Part shown: piece after piece, positions 23,301-36,650 of the stretch
How positions within the stretch are numbered: the first letter of the stretch is position 1
Layout: every line of letters starts with the position of its first letter
Assembly: GCA_965655095.1 (NCBI GenBank)
Contig: OZ296650.1
Coordinates: forward strand, 53,072,001 to 53,136,000
Origin: Haplodiscus bocki
Taxonomy: Eukaryota
Direction of reading: 5' to 3'
DNA length: 64,000 nt
Program-made: the position numbers and the translations under genes
The notes under the pieces: generated by a model
The model's database searches: none
Told to the model about the DNA's origin: nothing
Seen by the model: the letters and a program-made list of their open reading frames with translations, nothing else

Positions 23301-26300
23301 CAAAAATGTCCTCATTTATTGGCGGGGTTTGAGATAATTTAGGTTTTATTTACGACCCGGGTAAACACTCGCTTCTAACGGCCACTAGGTAAATTTCTCT
23401 TGGTCCCTTTTTCACCACCGAGACTATTGTCTAACGGATTTCACGGGAGGGATTCATGAAGAAGGCATTAGGATCGACCAGAGAGATGTACTCATTCTGG
23501 ACTAGGAAACTTTTTGACTAACGGATACTGCTGATGGAGTCGGGTGATTCGCAAGTTGTTCTGGAACTCTCCTCTTATAAATCTGGCTTGCAATAGAATC
23601 GAATGGGGAATTTTAAGTTAGAACAAGAAATCGAATTGTCTCAGAATGTTTGCAAAAAGGGACGGTTTCTGCGTATTTACTTCGTATCTAGGACTTTAGA
23701 ATGAATTCTAAATTACCACGAGAGCAGACGAGGTGAGACTTGGTCTATTATGTAATGCCAATTGAATCTTTCGAGGAACCTCGTGAGGGTTGTGCACTTT
23801 AAGATTCACTCTTGCTTCACAACCAAAGTTCGTCCACGGAATCCGCACACGCCAATACCGGAGCTAGCGTCAGTGGACACCGTTTAAACTCCAGTGGCAA
23901 GAGTATGGAATAGGTAAGCAAAGATACGAAATTTCTCTAAAGTCAGAAAGAAAATTGGACTGGAAATATTTTTGTAAAATTGGAGTTGGACTTAGAAGTT
24001 TTAGTCCAGGAAGAGCAAAGAGAAGAGGGAATTTCGACGAAATTGTCCGAAGAGAAAAGAGGAATTGGACTTGGAATAATTTTGTCCAAGAGAGTAAAAG
24101 GGAGAAAGGGAGTTGGTCTTAGAATAATTTGCCTAAGTAAAAAGGAGGAGAGCAAGTCAGAAGAGGAGTAAAGAGTCCCGTCCGTTAAGCAGGAAAAAAA
24201 TATGATCGAGTTGATTTCGCAGATCGACTCCAAAATGGCAGCATAGTGCCACTTCAAGCAATCAATAGGAAATCGGTTTGTACCAAGCATGTTAGCAGCT
24301 GGAGCCAATAGGGAAATACCTGTTAGAATTTTTCGTAAAATAAATTTGTGCAATCCCAACTGTTTATTTATTTCACCAGCATTTTAATTTGTTTTATCAG
24401 CTTCAATATCTCCTCAGAAAAAGTTAGCTCCAATTAATTATGTGTTTTAATTAACGGTTAAGCGTTACGTGTATCACGATAGTAGGTGCCCAGTTTTGAG
24501 AAAAATCCTGCAAGTTTTTGAGGCCGCTTTTTTTCTACGTTATACGTGTATATATACGATTCAAAAACAGAACACATTCACGAAATGATTGTTATATGAT
24601 ATGGATTTACAGGCTATGCGAAAATCAAATTATAGTTAATTCACTGGATACGATGTTTTTGTTTAAAATGGAGTCGAGCTAAGAAAGCTACACACTGTTT
24701 ATGGTATCTACACTGAGTTGAATACTAGCAAAGGCACACCAGCGCCGCAATATTTTTCGTTGATTGTGGGTCAGAAAAGGCTCAAAATGAAACTACTGGA
24801 AACTTGTAGAAAAACATGGGCAGTCTAAGGTACGAGGAGGCTTGCTCTAAGCTCAGAAAGCACATGTTTTAGAAAAATCTCCGTGGACCAAAAAAAATTT
24901 CATGGATTCTGAGCCAAAAAAATTTTGACCGATGTCTTTCACCATTCAATTTCAACATTTTAGCCATTAGGGATGTCTAGTTCAACTTGCAACAAGAACT
25001 GCAACTGTAACAACATTTGCCGCAGCTACACTTGGCAAAAGCTTGGAAAAAAAGACTACATACTGAATTGATGATTTTCTTTCGCAATATATGTTGGTTG
25101 TACCATTTCCCAAAACAGTAACCTTAGTTGGGCCAGTGTGCCATTTCCGGCACGAAATAGTTTTGCAAATTTGTTGTGGTATTTTTGGTCTGAAAAAATC
25201 AAACTGGAGCTGCAATATTAATTTGTTCGGAGTTGTCATGTTTCCGGCTATTGCAAATTTGTTAGATAGTGGCGCAGTGCTAAAACATTCGTGTTTTGCC
25301 ATACGTCTGAAGTTACGAAATTCGATAAATTAACTCACCTTCATTCACTGATTTTTGACCTGATATTTCTGACCAACTTATTTCACCTGCACTGCGTGCT
25401 CGTGATGACTCTGTGCGTCACGAACCCAATAGTATTCTTACGTCACTACAACCTCACGTGCAGCGGCCCGTCGGAAAAGACAAAAAATGCAAATGGTGGT
25501 GCGGCGACAGAGGCTCACCGGAACAAAATGGAAGCTTATTAGTATATCTTTCTAATCAGTTATAGATTGTGAATTGAGAGATTTGTAATACTGTTTGAGA
25601 TTTTCCCTCAATGTTTTGCTCTGGTCAATTTCAGGTTGAGAATGAACTTGAAAACCAAACTAACTGAAATGATAGGCACAACTATGTTGCTTTTCCTTCT
25701 GCACATGGGACAGTTGAAGGGCTGCAGCCAAACATTTATGAATAATTCAGTTTGCGAAAATGGTTTTTTTGAGCTTCTGGCTAGGGTGAATAGTGTGAAA
25801 TTCACTTTTCCTAGCACTGCTTTTCTTTGTAGTTTTTATGAAGTTTTAGGTTTTTAATTTGTATATATATGTTATATGTAAATTGTATCGTTTAGTCTGC
25901 ACTCAGTAACTGGCAATTAGCCGACGACTGATTGAAGATCTTAGTTTTTCCCAAAATTTCCAACCCGTGCAAAAATGTCCGCATTTATTGGCGGGGTTTG
26001 AGATAATTTAGGTTTTATTTACGACCCGGGTAAACACTCGCTTCTAACGGCCACTAGGTAAATTTCTCTTGGTCCCTTTTTCACCACCGAGACTATTGTC
26101 TAACGGATTTCACGTGAGGGATTCATGAAGAAGGCATTAGGATCGACCAGAGAGATGTACTCATTCTGGACTAGGAAACTTTTTGACTAACGGATACTGC
26201 TGATGGAGTCGGGTGATTCGCAAGTTGTTCTGGAACTCTCCTCTTATAAATCTGGCTTGCAATAGAATCGAATGGGGAATTTTAAGTTAGAACAAGAAAT

Positions 26301-29300
26301 CGAATTGTCTCAGAATGTTTGCAAAAAGGGACGGTTTCTGCGTATATACTTCGTATCTAGGACTTTAGAATGAATTCTAAATTACCACGAGAGCAGACGA
26401 GGTGAGACTTGGTCTATTATGTAACGCCAATTGAATCTTTCGAGGAACCTCGTGAGGGTTGTGCACTTTAAGATTCACTCTTGCTTCACAACCAAAGTTC
26501 GTCCACGGAATCCGCACACGCCAATACCGGAGCTAGCGTCAGTGGACACCGTTTAAACTCCAGTGGCAAGAGTATGGAATAGGTAAGCAAAGAAACGAAA
26601 TTTCTCTAAAGTCAGAAAGAAAATTGGACTGGAAATATTTTTGTAAAATTGGAGTTGGTCTTAGAAGTTTTAGTCCAGGAAGAGCAAAGAGAAGAGGGAA
26701 TTTCGACGAAATTGTCCGAAGAGAAAAGAGGAATTGGACTTGGAATAATTTTGTCCAAGAGAGTAAAAGGGAGGAAGGCAGCTGGTCTTAGAATAACTTG
26801 CCTAAGTAAAAAGGAGGAGAGCAAGTCAGAAGAGGAGTAAAGAGTCCCCTCCGTTAAGCAGGAAAAAAATATGATCGAGTTGATTTCGCAGATCGACTCC
26901 AAAATGGCAGCATGCTGCCATTTCATGCAATCAATAGGAAATCGGTTTGTACCAAGCATGTTAGCAGCTGGAGCCAATAGGGAAATACCTGTTAGAATTT
27001 TTCGTAAAATAAATTTGTGCAATCCCAACTGTTTATTTATTTCACCAGCTTTTTAATTTGGTTTATCAGCTTCAATATCTCCTCAGAAAAGGTTAGCTCC
27101 AATTATTTATGTGTTTTAATTAACGGTTAAGCGTTACGTGTATCACGATAGTAGGTGCCCAGTTTTGAGAAAAATCCTGCAAGTTTTTGAGGCCGCTTTT
27201 GTTCTACGTTAAACGTGTATATATACGATTCAAAAACAGAACACATTCACGAAATGATTGTTATATGATATGGGTTTACAGGCTATGCGAAAATCAAATT
27301 ATAGTTAATTCACTGGATACGATGTTTTTGTTTCAAATGGAGTCGAGCTAAGAAAGCTACACACTGTTTATGGTATCTACACTGATTTGAATACTAGCAA
27401 AGGCACACCAGCGCCGCAATATTTCTCGTTGATTGTGGGTCAGAAAAGGCTCAAAATGAAACTACTGGAAACTTGTAGAAAAACATGGGCAGTCTAAGGT
27501 ACGAGGAGGCTTGCTCTAGGCTCAGAAAGCACTTGTTTTAGAAAAATCTCCATGGACCAAAAAAAATTTCATGGATTCTGAGCCAAAAAAATTTTGACCG
27601 GTGTCTTTTACCATTCAATTTCAACATTTTAGCCATTAGGGATGTCTAGTTCAACTTGCAACAAGAACTGCAACTGTAACAACATTTGCCGCAGCTAGAC
27701 TTGGCAAAAGCTTGGAAAAAAAGACTACATACTGAATTGATGATTTTCTTTCGCAATATATGTTGGTTGTACCATTTCCCAAAACAGTAACCTTAGTTGG
27801 GCCAGTGTGCCATTTCCGGCACGAAATAGTTTTGCAAATTTGTTGTGGTATTTTTGGTCTGAAAAAATCAAACTGGAGCTGCAAGATTAATTTGTTCGGA
27901 GTTGTCATGTTTCCGGCTATTGCAAATTTGTTAGATAGTGGCGCAGTGCTAAAACATTCGTGTCTTCCCATAGGTCTGAAGTTACGAAATTCGATAAATT
28001 AACTCACCTTCATTCACTGATTTTTGACCTGATATTTCTGACCAACTTATTTCACCTGCACTGCGTGCTCGTGATGACTCTGTGCGTCACGAACCCAATA
28101 GTATTCTTACGTCACTACAACCTCACGTGCAGCGGCCCGTCGGAAAAGACAAAAAATGCAAATGGTGGTGCGGCGACAGAGGCTCACCGGAACAAAATGG
28201 AAGCTTATTAGTATATCTTTCTAATCAGTTATAGATTGTGAATTGAGAGATTTGTAATACTGTTTGAGATTTTCCCTCAATGTTTTGCTCTGGTCAATTT
28301 CAGGTTGAGAATGAACTTGAAAACCAAACTAACTGAAATGATAGGCACAACTATGTTGTTTTTCTTTCTGTACATGGGACAGTTGAAGGGCTGCAGCCAA
28401 ACATTTATGAATAATTCAGTTTGTGAAAATGGTTTTTTTGAGCTTCTCGCTAGGGTGAATAGTGTGAAATTCACTTTTCCTAGCACTGCTTTTCTTTGTA
28501 GTTTTTATGAAGTTTTAGGTTTTTAATTTGTATATATATGTTATATGTAAATTGTATCGTTTAGTCTGCACTCAGTAACTGGCAATTAGCCGTCGACTGG
28601 TTGAAGATCTTAGTTTTTCCCAAAATTTCCAACCCGTGCAAAAATGTCCTTATTTATTGGCGGGGTTTGAGATAATTTAGGTTTTATTTAAGACCCGGGT
28701 AAACACTCGCTTCTAAGGGCCACTAGGTAAATTCCTCTTGGTCCCTTTTTCACCAACCGAGACTATTGTCTAACGGATTTCACGGGAGGGATTCATGAAG
28801 AAGGCATTAGGATCGACCAGAGAGATGTACTCATTCTGGACTAGGAAACTTTTTGACTAACGGATACTGCTGATGGAGTCGGGTGATTCGCAAGTTGTTC
28901 TGGAACTCTCCTCTTATAAATCTGGCTTGCAATAGAATCGAATGGGGAAATTTAAGTTAGAACAAGAAATCGAATTGTCTTAGAATGATTGCAAAAAGGG
29001 ACGGTTTCTACGTATTTACTTCGTATCTAGGACTTTAGAATGAATTCTAAATTACCACGAGAGCAGACGAGGTGAGACTTGGTCTACTATGTAATGCCAA
29101 TTGAATCTTTCGAGGAACCTCGTGAGGGTTGTGCACTTTAAGATTCACTCTTGCTTCACAACCGAAGTTCGTCCACGGAATCCGCACACGCCAATACCGG
29201 AGCTAGCGTCAGTGGACACAGTTTAAACTCCAGTGGCAAGAGTATGGAATAGGTAAGCAAAGAGACGAAATTTCTTTGAAGTCAGAAAGAAAATTGGACT

Positions 29301-32300
29301 GGAAATATTTTTGTAAAATTGGAGTTGGACTTAGAAGTTTTAGTCCAGGAAGAGCAAAGAGAAGAGGGATTTTGGACGAAATTTTCCGAAGAGAAAAGAG
29401 GAATTGGACTTGGAATAATTTTGTCCAAGAGAGTAAAAGGGAGAAAGGGAGTTGGTCTTAGAATAATTTGCCTACGTAAAAAGGAGGAGAGCAAGTCGGA
29501 AGAGGAGTAAAGAGTCCCGTCCGTTAAGCAGGAAAAAAATATGATCGAGTTGATTTCGCAGATCGACTCCAAAATGACAGCATGCTGCCATTTCATGCAA
29601 TCAATAGGAAATCGGTTTGTACCAAGCATGTTAGCAGCTGGAGCCAATAGGGAAATACCTGTTAGAATTTTTCGTAAAATAAATTTGTGCAATCCCAACT
29701 GTTTATTTATTTCACCAGCTTTTTAATTTGTTTTATCAGCTTCAATATCTCCTCAGAAAAGGTTAGCTCCAATTAATTATGTGTTTTAATTAACGGTTAA
29801 GCGTTACGTGTATCACGATAGTAGGTGCCCAGTTTTGAGAAAAATCCTGCCAGTTTTTGAGGCCGCTTTTGTTCTACGTTATACGTGTATATATACGATT
29901 CAAAAACAGAACACATTCACGAAATGATTGTTATATGATATGGATTTACAGGCTATGCGAAAATCAAATTATAGTTAATTCACTGGATACGATGTTTTTG
30001 TTTAAAATGGAGTCGAGCTAAGAAAGCTACACACTGTTTATGGTATCTACACTGAGTTGAATACTAGCAAAGGCACACCAGCGCCGCAATATTTTTCGTT
30101 GATTGTGGGTCAGAAAAGGCTCAAAATGAAACTACTGGAAACTTGTAGAAAAACATGGGCAGTCTAAGGTACGAGGAGGCTTGCTCTAAGCTCAGAAAGC
30201 ACATGTTTTAGAAAAATCTCCATAGACCAAAAAAAAATTTCATGGATTCTGAGCCAAAAAAATTTTGACCGGTATCTTTTTCCATTCAAATTCAACATTT
30301 TAGCCATTAGAGATGTCTAGTTCAACTTGCAACAAGAACTGCAACTGTAACAACATTTGCCGCAGCTAGACTTGGCAAAAGCTTGGAAAAAAAGACTACA
30401 TACTGAATTGATGATTTTCTTTCGCAATATATGTTGGTTGTACCATTTCCCAAAACAGTAACCTTAGTTGGGCCAGTATGCCATTTCCGGCACGAAAGAG
30501 TTTTGCAAACTTGTTGTGGTATTTTTGGTCTGAAAAAATCAAACTGGAGCTGCAATATTAATTTGTTCGGAGTTGTCATGTTTCCGGCTATTGCAAATTT
30601 GTTAGATAGTGGCGCAGTGCTAAAACATTCGTGTTTTGCCATAGGTCTGATGTTACGAAATTCGATAAATTAACTCACCTTCATTCACTGATTTTTGACC
30701 TGATATTTCTGACCAACATATTTCACCTGCACTGCGTGCTCGTGATGACTCTGTGCGTCACGAACCCAATAGTATTCTTACGTCACTACAACCTCACGTG
30801 CAGCGGCCCGTCGGAAAAGACAAAAAATGCAAATGGTGGTGCGGCGACAGAGGCTCACCGGAACAAAATGGAAGCTTATTAGTATATCTTTCTAATCAGT
30901 TATAGATTGTGAATTGAGAGATTTGTAATACTGTTTGAGATTTTCCCTCAATGTTTTGCTCTGGTCAATTTCAGGTTGAGAATGAACTTGAAAACCAAAC
31001 TAACTGAAATGATAGGCACAACTATGTTGCTTTTCCTTCTGCACATGGGACAGTTGAAGGGCTGCAGCCAAACATTTATGAATAATTCAGTTTGCGAAAA
31101 TGGTTTTTTTGAGCTTCTGGCTAGGGTGAATAGTGTGAAATTCACTTTTCCTAGCACTGCTTTTCTTTGTAGTTTTTATGAAGTTTTAGGTTTTTAATTT
31201 GTATATATATGTTATATGTAAATTGTATCGTTTAGCCTGCACTCAGTAACTGGCAATTAGCCGTCGACTGGTTGAAGATCTTAGTTTTTCCTAAAATTTC
31301 CAACCCGTGCAAAAATGTCCGCATTTATTGGCGGGGTTTGAGATAATTTAGGTTTCATTTACGACCCGGGTAAACACTCGCTTCTAAGGGCCACTAGGTA
31401 AATTCCTCTTGGTCCCTTTTTCACCAACCGAGACTATTGTCTAACGGATTTCACGGGAGGGATTCATGAAGAAGGCATTAGGATCGACCAGAGAGATGTA
31501 CTCATTCTGGACTAGGAAACTTTTTGACTAACGGATACTGCTGATGGAGTCGGGTGATTCGCAAGTTGTTCTGGAACTCTCCTCTTATAAATCTGGCTTG
31601 CAATAGAATCGAATGTGGAATTTTAAGTTAGAACAAGAAATCGAATTGTCTCAGAATGTTTGCAAAAAGGGACGGTTTCTGCGTATTTACTTCGTATCTA
31701 GGACTTTAGAATGAATTCTAAATTACCACGAGAGCAGACGAGGTGAGACTTGGTCTACTATGTAATGCCAATTGAATCTTTCGAGGAACCTCGTGAGGGT
31801 TGTGCACTTTAAGATTCACTCTTGCTTCACAACCGAAGTTCGTCCACGGAATCCGCACACGCCAATACCGGAGCAAGCGTCAGTGGACACCGTTTAAACT
31901 CCAGTGGCAAGAGTATGGAATAGGTAAGCAAAGAGACGAAGTTTCTCTGAAGTCAGAAAGAAAATTGGACTGGAAATATTTTTGTAAAATTGGAGTTGGA
32001 CTTAGAAGTTTTAGTCCAGGAAGAGCAAAGAGAAGAGGGATTTTGGACGAAATTTTCCGAAGAGAAAAGAGGAATTGGACTTGGAATAACTTTGTCCAAG
32101 AGAGTAAAAGGGAGAGAGGGAGTTGGTCTTAGAATAATTTGCCTAAGTAAAAAGGAGGAGAGCAAGTCGGAAGAGGAGTAAAGAGTCCCGTCCGTTAAGC
32201 AGGAAAAAATATGATCGAGTTGATTTCGCAGATCGACTCCAAAATGACAGCATGCTGCCATTTCATGCAATCAATAGGAAATCGGTTTGTACCAAGCATG

Positions 32301-35300
32301 TTAGCAGCTGGAGCCAATAGGGAAATACCTGTTAGAATTTTTCGTAAAATAAATTTGTGCAATCCCAACTGTTTATTTATTTCACCAGCTTTTTAATCTG
32401 GTTTATCAGCTTCAATATCTCCTCAGAAAAGGTTAGCTCCAATTAATTATGTGTTTTAATTAACGGTTAAGCGTTACGTGTATCACGATAGTAGGTGCCC
32501 AGTTTTGAGAAAAATCCTGCAAGTTTTTGAGGCCGCTTTTGTTCTACGTTTTACGTGTATATATACGATTCAAAAACAGAACACATTCACGAAATGATTG
32601 TTATATGATATGGGTTTACAGGCTATGCGAAAATCAAATTATAGTTAATTCACTGGATACGATGTTTTTGTTTAAAATGGAGTCGAGCTAAGAAAGCTAC
32701 ACACTGTTTATTGTATCTACACTGATTTGAATACTAGCAAAGGCACACCAGCGCCGCAATATTTTTCGTTGATTGTGGGTCAGAAAAGGCTCAAAAAGAA
32801 ACTACTGGAAACTTGTAGAAAAACATGGGCAGTCTAAGGTACGAGGAGGCTTGCTGTAAGCTTAGAAAGCACATGTTTCAGAAAAATCTCCATGGACGAA
32901 AAAAAACATTTCATGGATTCTGAGCCAAAAAAATTTTGACCGGTGTCTTTTACCATTCAATTTCAACATTTTAGCCATTAGAGATGTCTAGTTCAACTTG
33001 CAACAAGAACTGCAACTGTAACAACATTTGCCGCAGCTAGACTTGGCAAAAGCTTGGAAAAAAAGACTACATACTGAATTGATGATTTTCTTTCGCAATA
33101 TATGTTGGTTGTACCATTTCCCAAAACAGTAACCTTAGTTGGACCAGTGTGCCATTTCCGGCACGAAATAGTTTTGCAAATTTGTTGTGGTATTTTTGGT
33201 CTGAAAAAATCAAACTGGAGCTGCAATATTAATTTGTTCGGAGTTGTCATGTTTCCGGCTATTGCAAATTTGTTAGATAGTGGCGCAGTGCTAAAACATT
33301 CGTGTCTTCCCATAGGTCTGAAGTTACGAAATTCGATAAATTAACTCACCTTCATTCACTGATTTTTGACCTGATATTTCTGACCAACTTATTTCACCTG
33401 CACTGCGTGCTCGTGATGACTCTGTGCGTCACGAACCCAATAGTATTCTTACGTCACTACAACCTCACGTGCAGCGGCCCGTCGGAAAAGACAAAAAATG
33501 CAAATGGTGGTGCGGCGACAGAGGCTCACCGGAACAAAATGGAAGCTTATTAGTATATCTTTCTAATCAGTTATAGATTGTGAATTGAGAGATTTGTAAT
33601 ACTGTTTGAGATTTTCCCTCAATGTTTTGCTCTGGTCAATTTCAGGTTGAGAATGAACTTGAAAACCAAACTAACTGAAATGATAGGCACAACTATGTTG
33701 TTTTTCTTTCTGTACATGGGACAGTTGAAGGGCTGCAGCCAAACATTTATGAATAATTCAGTTTGTGAAAATGGTTTTTTTGAGCTTCTCGCTAGGGTGA
33801 ATAGTGTGAAATTCACTTTTCCTAGCACTGCTTTTCTTTGTAGTTTTTATGAAGTTTTAGGTTTTTAATTTGTATATATATGTTATATGTAAATTGTATC
33901 GTTTAGTCTGCACTCAGTAACTGGCAATTAGCCGTCGACTGGTTGAAGATCTTAGTTTTTCCCAAAATTTCCAACCCGTGCAAAAATGTCCTTATTTATT
34001 GGCGGGGTTTGAGATAATTTAGGTTTTATTTAAGACCCGGGTAAACACTCGCTTCTAAGGGCCACTAGGTAAATTCCTCTTGGTCCCTTTTTCACCAACC
34101 GAGACTATTGTCTAACGGATTTCACGGGAGGGATTCATGAAGAAGGCATTAGGATCGACCAGAGAGATGTACTCATTCTGGACTAGGAAACTTTTTGACT
34201 AACGGATACTGCTGATGGAGTCGGGTGATTCGCAAGTTGTTCTGGAACTCTCCTCTTATAAATCTGGCTTGCAATAGAATCGAATGGGGAAATTTAAGTT
34301 AGAACAAGAAATCGAATTGTCTTAGAATGATTGCAAAAAGGGACGGTTTCTACGTATTTACTTCGTATCTAGGACTTTAGAATGAATTCTAAATTACCAC
34401 GAGAGCAGACGAGGTGAGACTTGGTCTACTATGTAATGCCAATTGAATCTTTCGAGGAACCTCGTGAGGGTTGTGCACTTTAAGATTCACTCTTGCTTCA
34501 CAACCGAAGTTCGTCCACGGAATCCGCACACGCCAATACCGGAGCTAGCGTCAGTGGACACAGTTTAAACTCCAGTGGCAAGAGTATGGAATAGGTAAGC
34601 AAAGAGACGAAATTTCTTTGAAGTCAGAAAGAAAATTGGACTGGAAATATTTTTGTAAAATTGGAGTTGGACTTAGAAGTTTTAGTCCAGGAAGAGCAAA
34701 GAGAAGAGGGATTTTGGACGAAATTTTCCGAAGAGAAAAGAGGAATTGGACTTGGAATAATTTTGTCCAAGAGAGTAAAAGGGAGAAAGGGAGTTGGTCT
34801 TAGAATAATTTGCCTACGTAAAAAGGAGGAGAGCAAGTCGGAAGAGGAGTAAAGAGTCCCGTCCGTTAAGCAGGAAAAAAATATGATCGAGTTGATTTCG
34901 CAGATCGACTCCAAAATGACAGCATGCTGCCATTTCATGCAATCAATAGGAAATCGGTTTGTACCAAGCATGTTAGCAGCTGGAGCCAATAGGGAAATAC
35001 CTGTTAGAATTTTTCGTAAAATAAATTTGTGCAATCCCAACTGTTTATTTATTTCACCAGCATTTTAATTTGTTTTATCAGCTTCAATATCTCCTCAGAA
35101 AAAGTTAGCTCCAATTAATTATGTGTTTTAATTAACGGTTAAGCGTTACGTGTATCACGATAGTAGGTGCCCAGTTTTGAGAAAAATCCTGCAAGTTTTT
35201 GAGGCCGCTTTTGTTCTACGTTATACGTGTATATATACGATTCAAAAACAGAACACATTCACGAAATGATTGTTATATGATATGGGTTTACAGGCTATGC

Positions 35301-36418
35301 GAAAATCAAATTATAGTTAATTCACTGGATACGATGTTTTTGTTTAAAATGGAGTCGAGCTAAGAAAGCTACACACTGTTTATGGTATCTACACTGATTT
35401 GAAAACTAGCAAAGGCACACCAGCGCCGCAATATTTTTCGTTGATTGTGGGTCAGAAAAGGCTCAAAATGAAACTACTGGAAACTTGTAGAAAAACATGG
35501 GCAGTCTAAGGTACGAGGAGGCTTGCTCTAAGCTCAGAAAGCACATGTTTTAGAAAAATTTCCATAGACCAAAAAAAAATTTCATGGATTCTGAGCCAAA
35601 AAAATTTTGACCGGTATCTTTTTCCATTCAATTTCAACATTTTAGCCATTAGAGATATCTAGTTCAACTTGCAACGAGAACTGCAACTGTAACAACATTT
35701 GCCGCAGCTAGACTTGGCAAAAGCTTGGAAAAAAAGACTACATACTGAATTGATGATTTTCTTTCGCAATATATGTTGGTTGTACCATTTCCCAAAACAG
35801 TAACCTTAGTTGGGCCAGTATGCCATTTCCGGCACGAAATAGTTTTGCAAATTTGTTCTGGTATTTTTGGTCTGAAGAAATCAAACTGGAGCTGCAATAT
35901 TAATTTGTTCGGAGTTGTCATGTTTCCGGCTTTTGCAAATTTGTTAGATAGTGGCGCAGTGCTAAAACATTCGTGTTTTGCCATAGGTCTGAAGTTACGA
36001 AATTCGATAAATTAACTCACCTTGATTCACTGATTTTTGACCTGATATTTCTGACCAACTTATTTCACCTGCACTGCGTGCTCGTGATGACTCTGTGCGT
36101 CACGAACCCAATAGTATTCTTACGTCACTACAACCTCACGTGCAGCGGCCCGTCGGAAAAGACAAAAAATGCAAATGGTGGTGCGGCGACAGAGGCTCAC
36201 CGGAACAAAATGGAAGCTTATTAGTATATCTTTCTAATCAGTTATAGATTGTGAATTGAGAGATTTGTAATACTGTTTGAGATTTTCCCTCAATGTTTTG
36301 CTCTGGTCAATTTCAGGTTGAGAATGAACTTGAAAACCAAACTAACTGAAATGATAGGCACAACTATGTTGCTTTTCTTTCTGCACATGGGACAGTTGAA
36401 GGGCTGCAGCCAAACATT
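20395..36418. repeat. Tandem array, 6 x ~2670 bp (unit starts 20395, 23063, 25733, 28402, 31073, 33744)
   Basis: Directly visible; ORF track repeats with the same period; junction microhomology CATT. Confidence 0.98.
36201..36302 (-). pseudogene. UBR3: First post-RING exon with in-frame TAG (36236-36234)
   Basis: SKTLRENLKQYYKSLNSQSITD*KDILISFHFVP, ending at a GTGAGC donor in phase 0. The TAG is present in all six array copies. Confidence 0.55.
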
Positions 36419-36436
36419 GTTGAGAGATTCGCTATT
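36347..36436 (-). CDS. UBR3: UBR3 exon, RING-H2 last ligand pair (FNCPMCRKKSNIVVP)
   Basis: ttttcag/GTTAGT, 90 nt, phase 0/0; F-x-CP-x-CR-x3-N-x3-P motif. Confidence 0.9.
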
Positions 36437-36512
36437 CTGAAAAATCCATTTTATTTGACATCATTGGAAAGTCGCATCATTTTAACTTTGCGGTCAATCG
36501 AAAAAAACTAAC

Positions 36513-36650
36513 TAAGATGGTAGCTTTGTATTTTAGCAAGCAGGAGTTATGCGCAATGTGTTCACAGGTTGATATGGCCAATGTACCGGCATGGTTCATA
36601 CAGCTGTCCAAGAAACCAACAGGAACCTGAAACGACTCATTTTCAATATT
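36513..36650 (-). CDS. UBR3: UBR3 exon, RING-H2 middle (STCEHIAHNSC)
   Basis: ttgcag/GTTAGT, phase 0/0; C-x-H-x2-H-x2-C. Confidence 0.88.

Noticed and set aside
20395-36418. Repeated 60-138 aa ORFs (MGLHKF.., MAKHEC.., MELDLE.., MFCHTS..) as a tandem gene family
   Set aside because: They overlap on both strands, mostly use non-ATG starts, lack motifs, and are broken in some copies. They recur only because the DNA is repeated.
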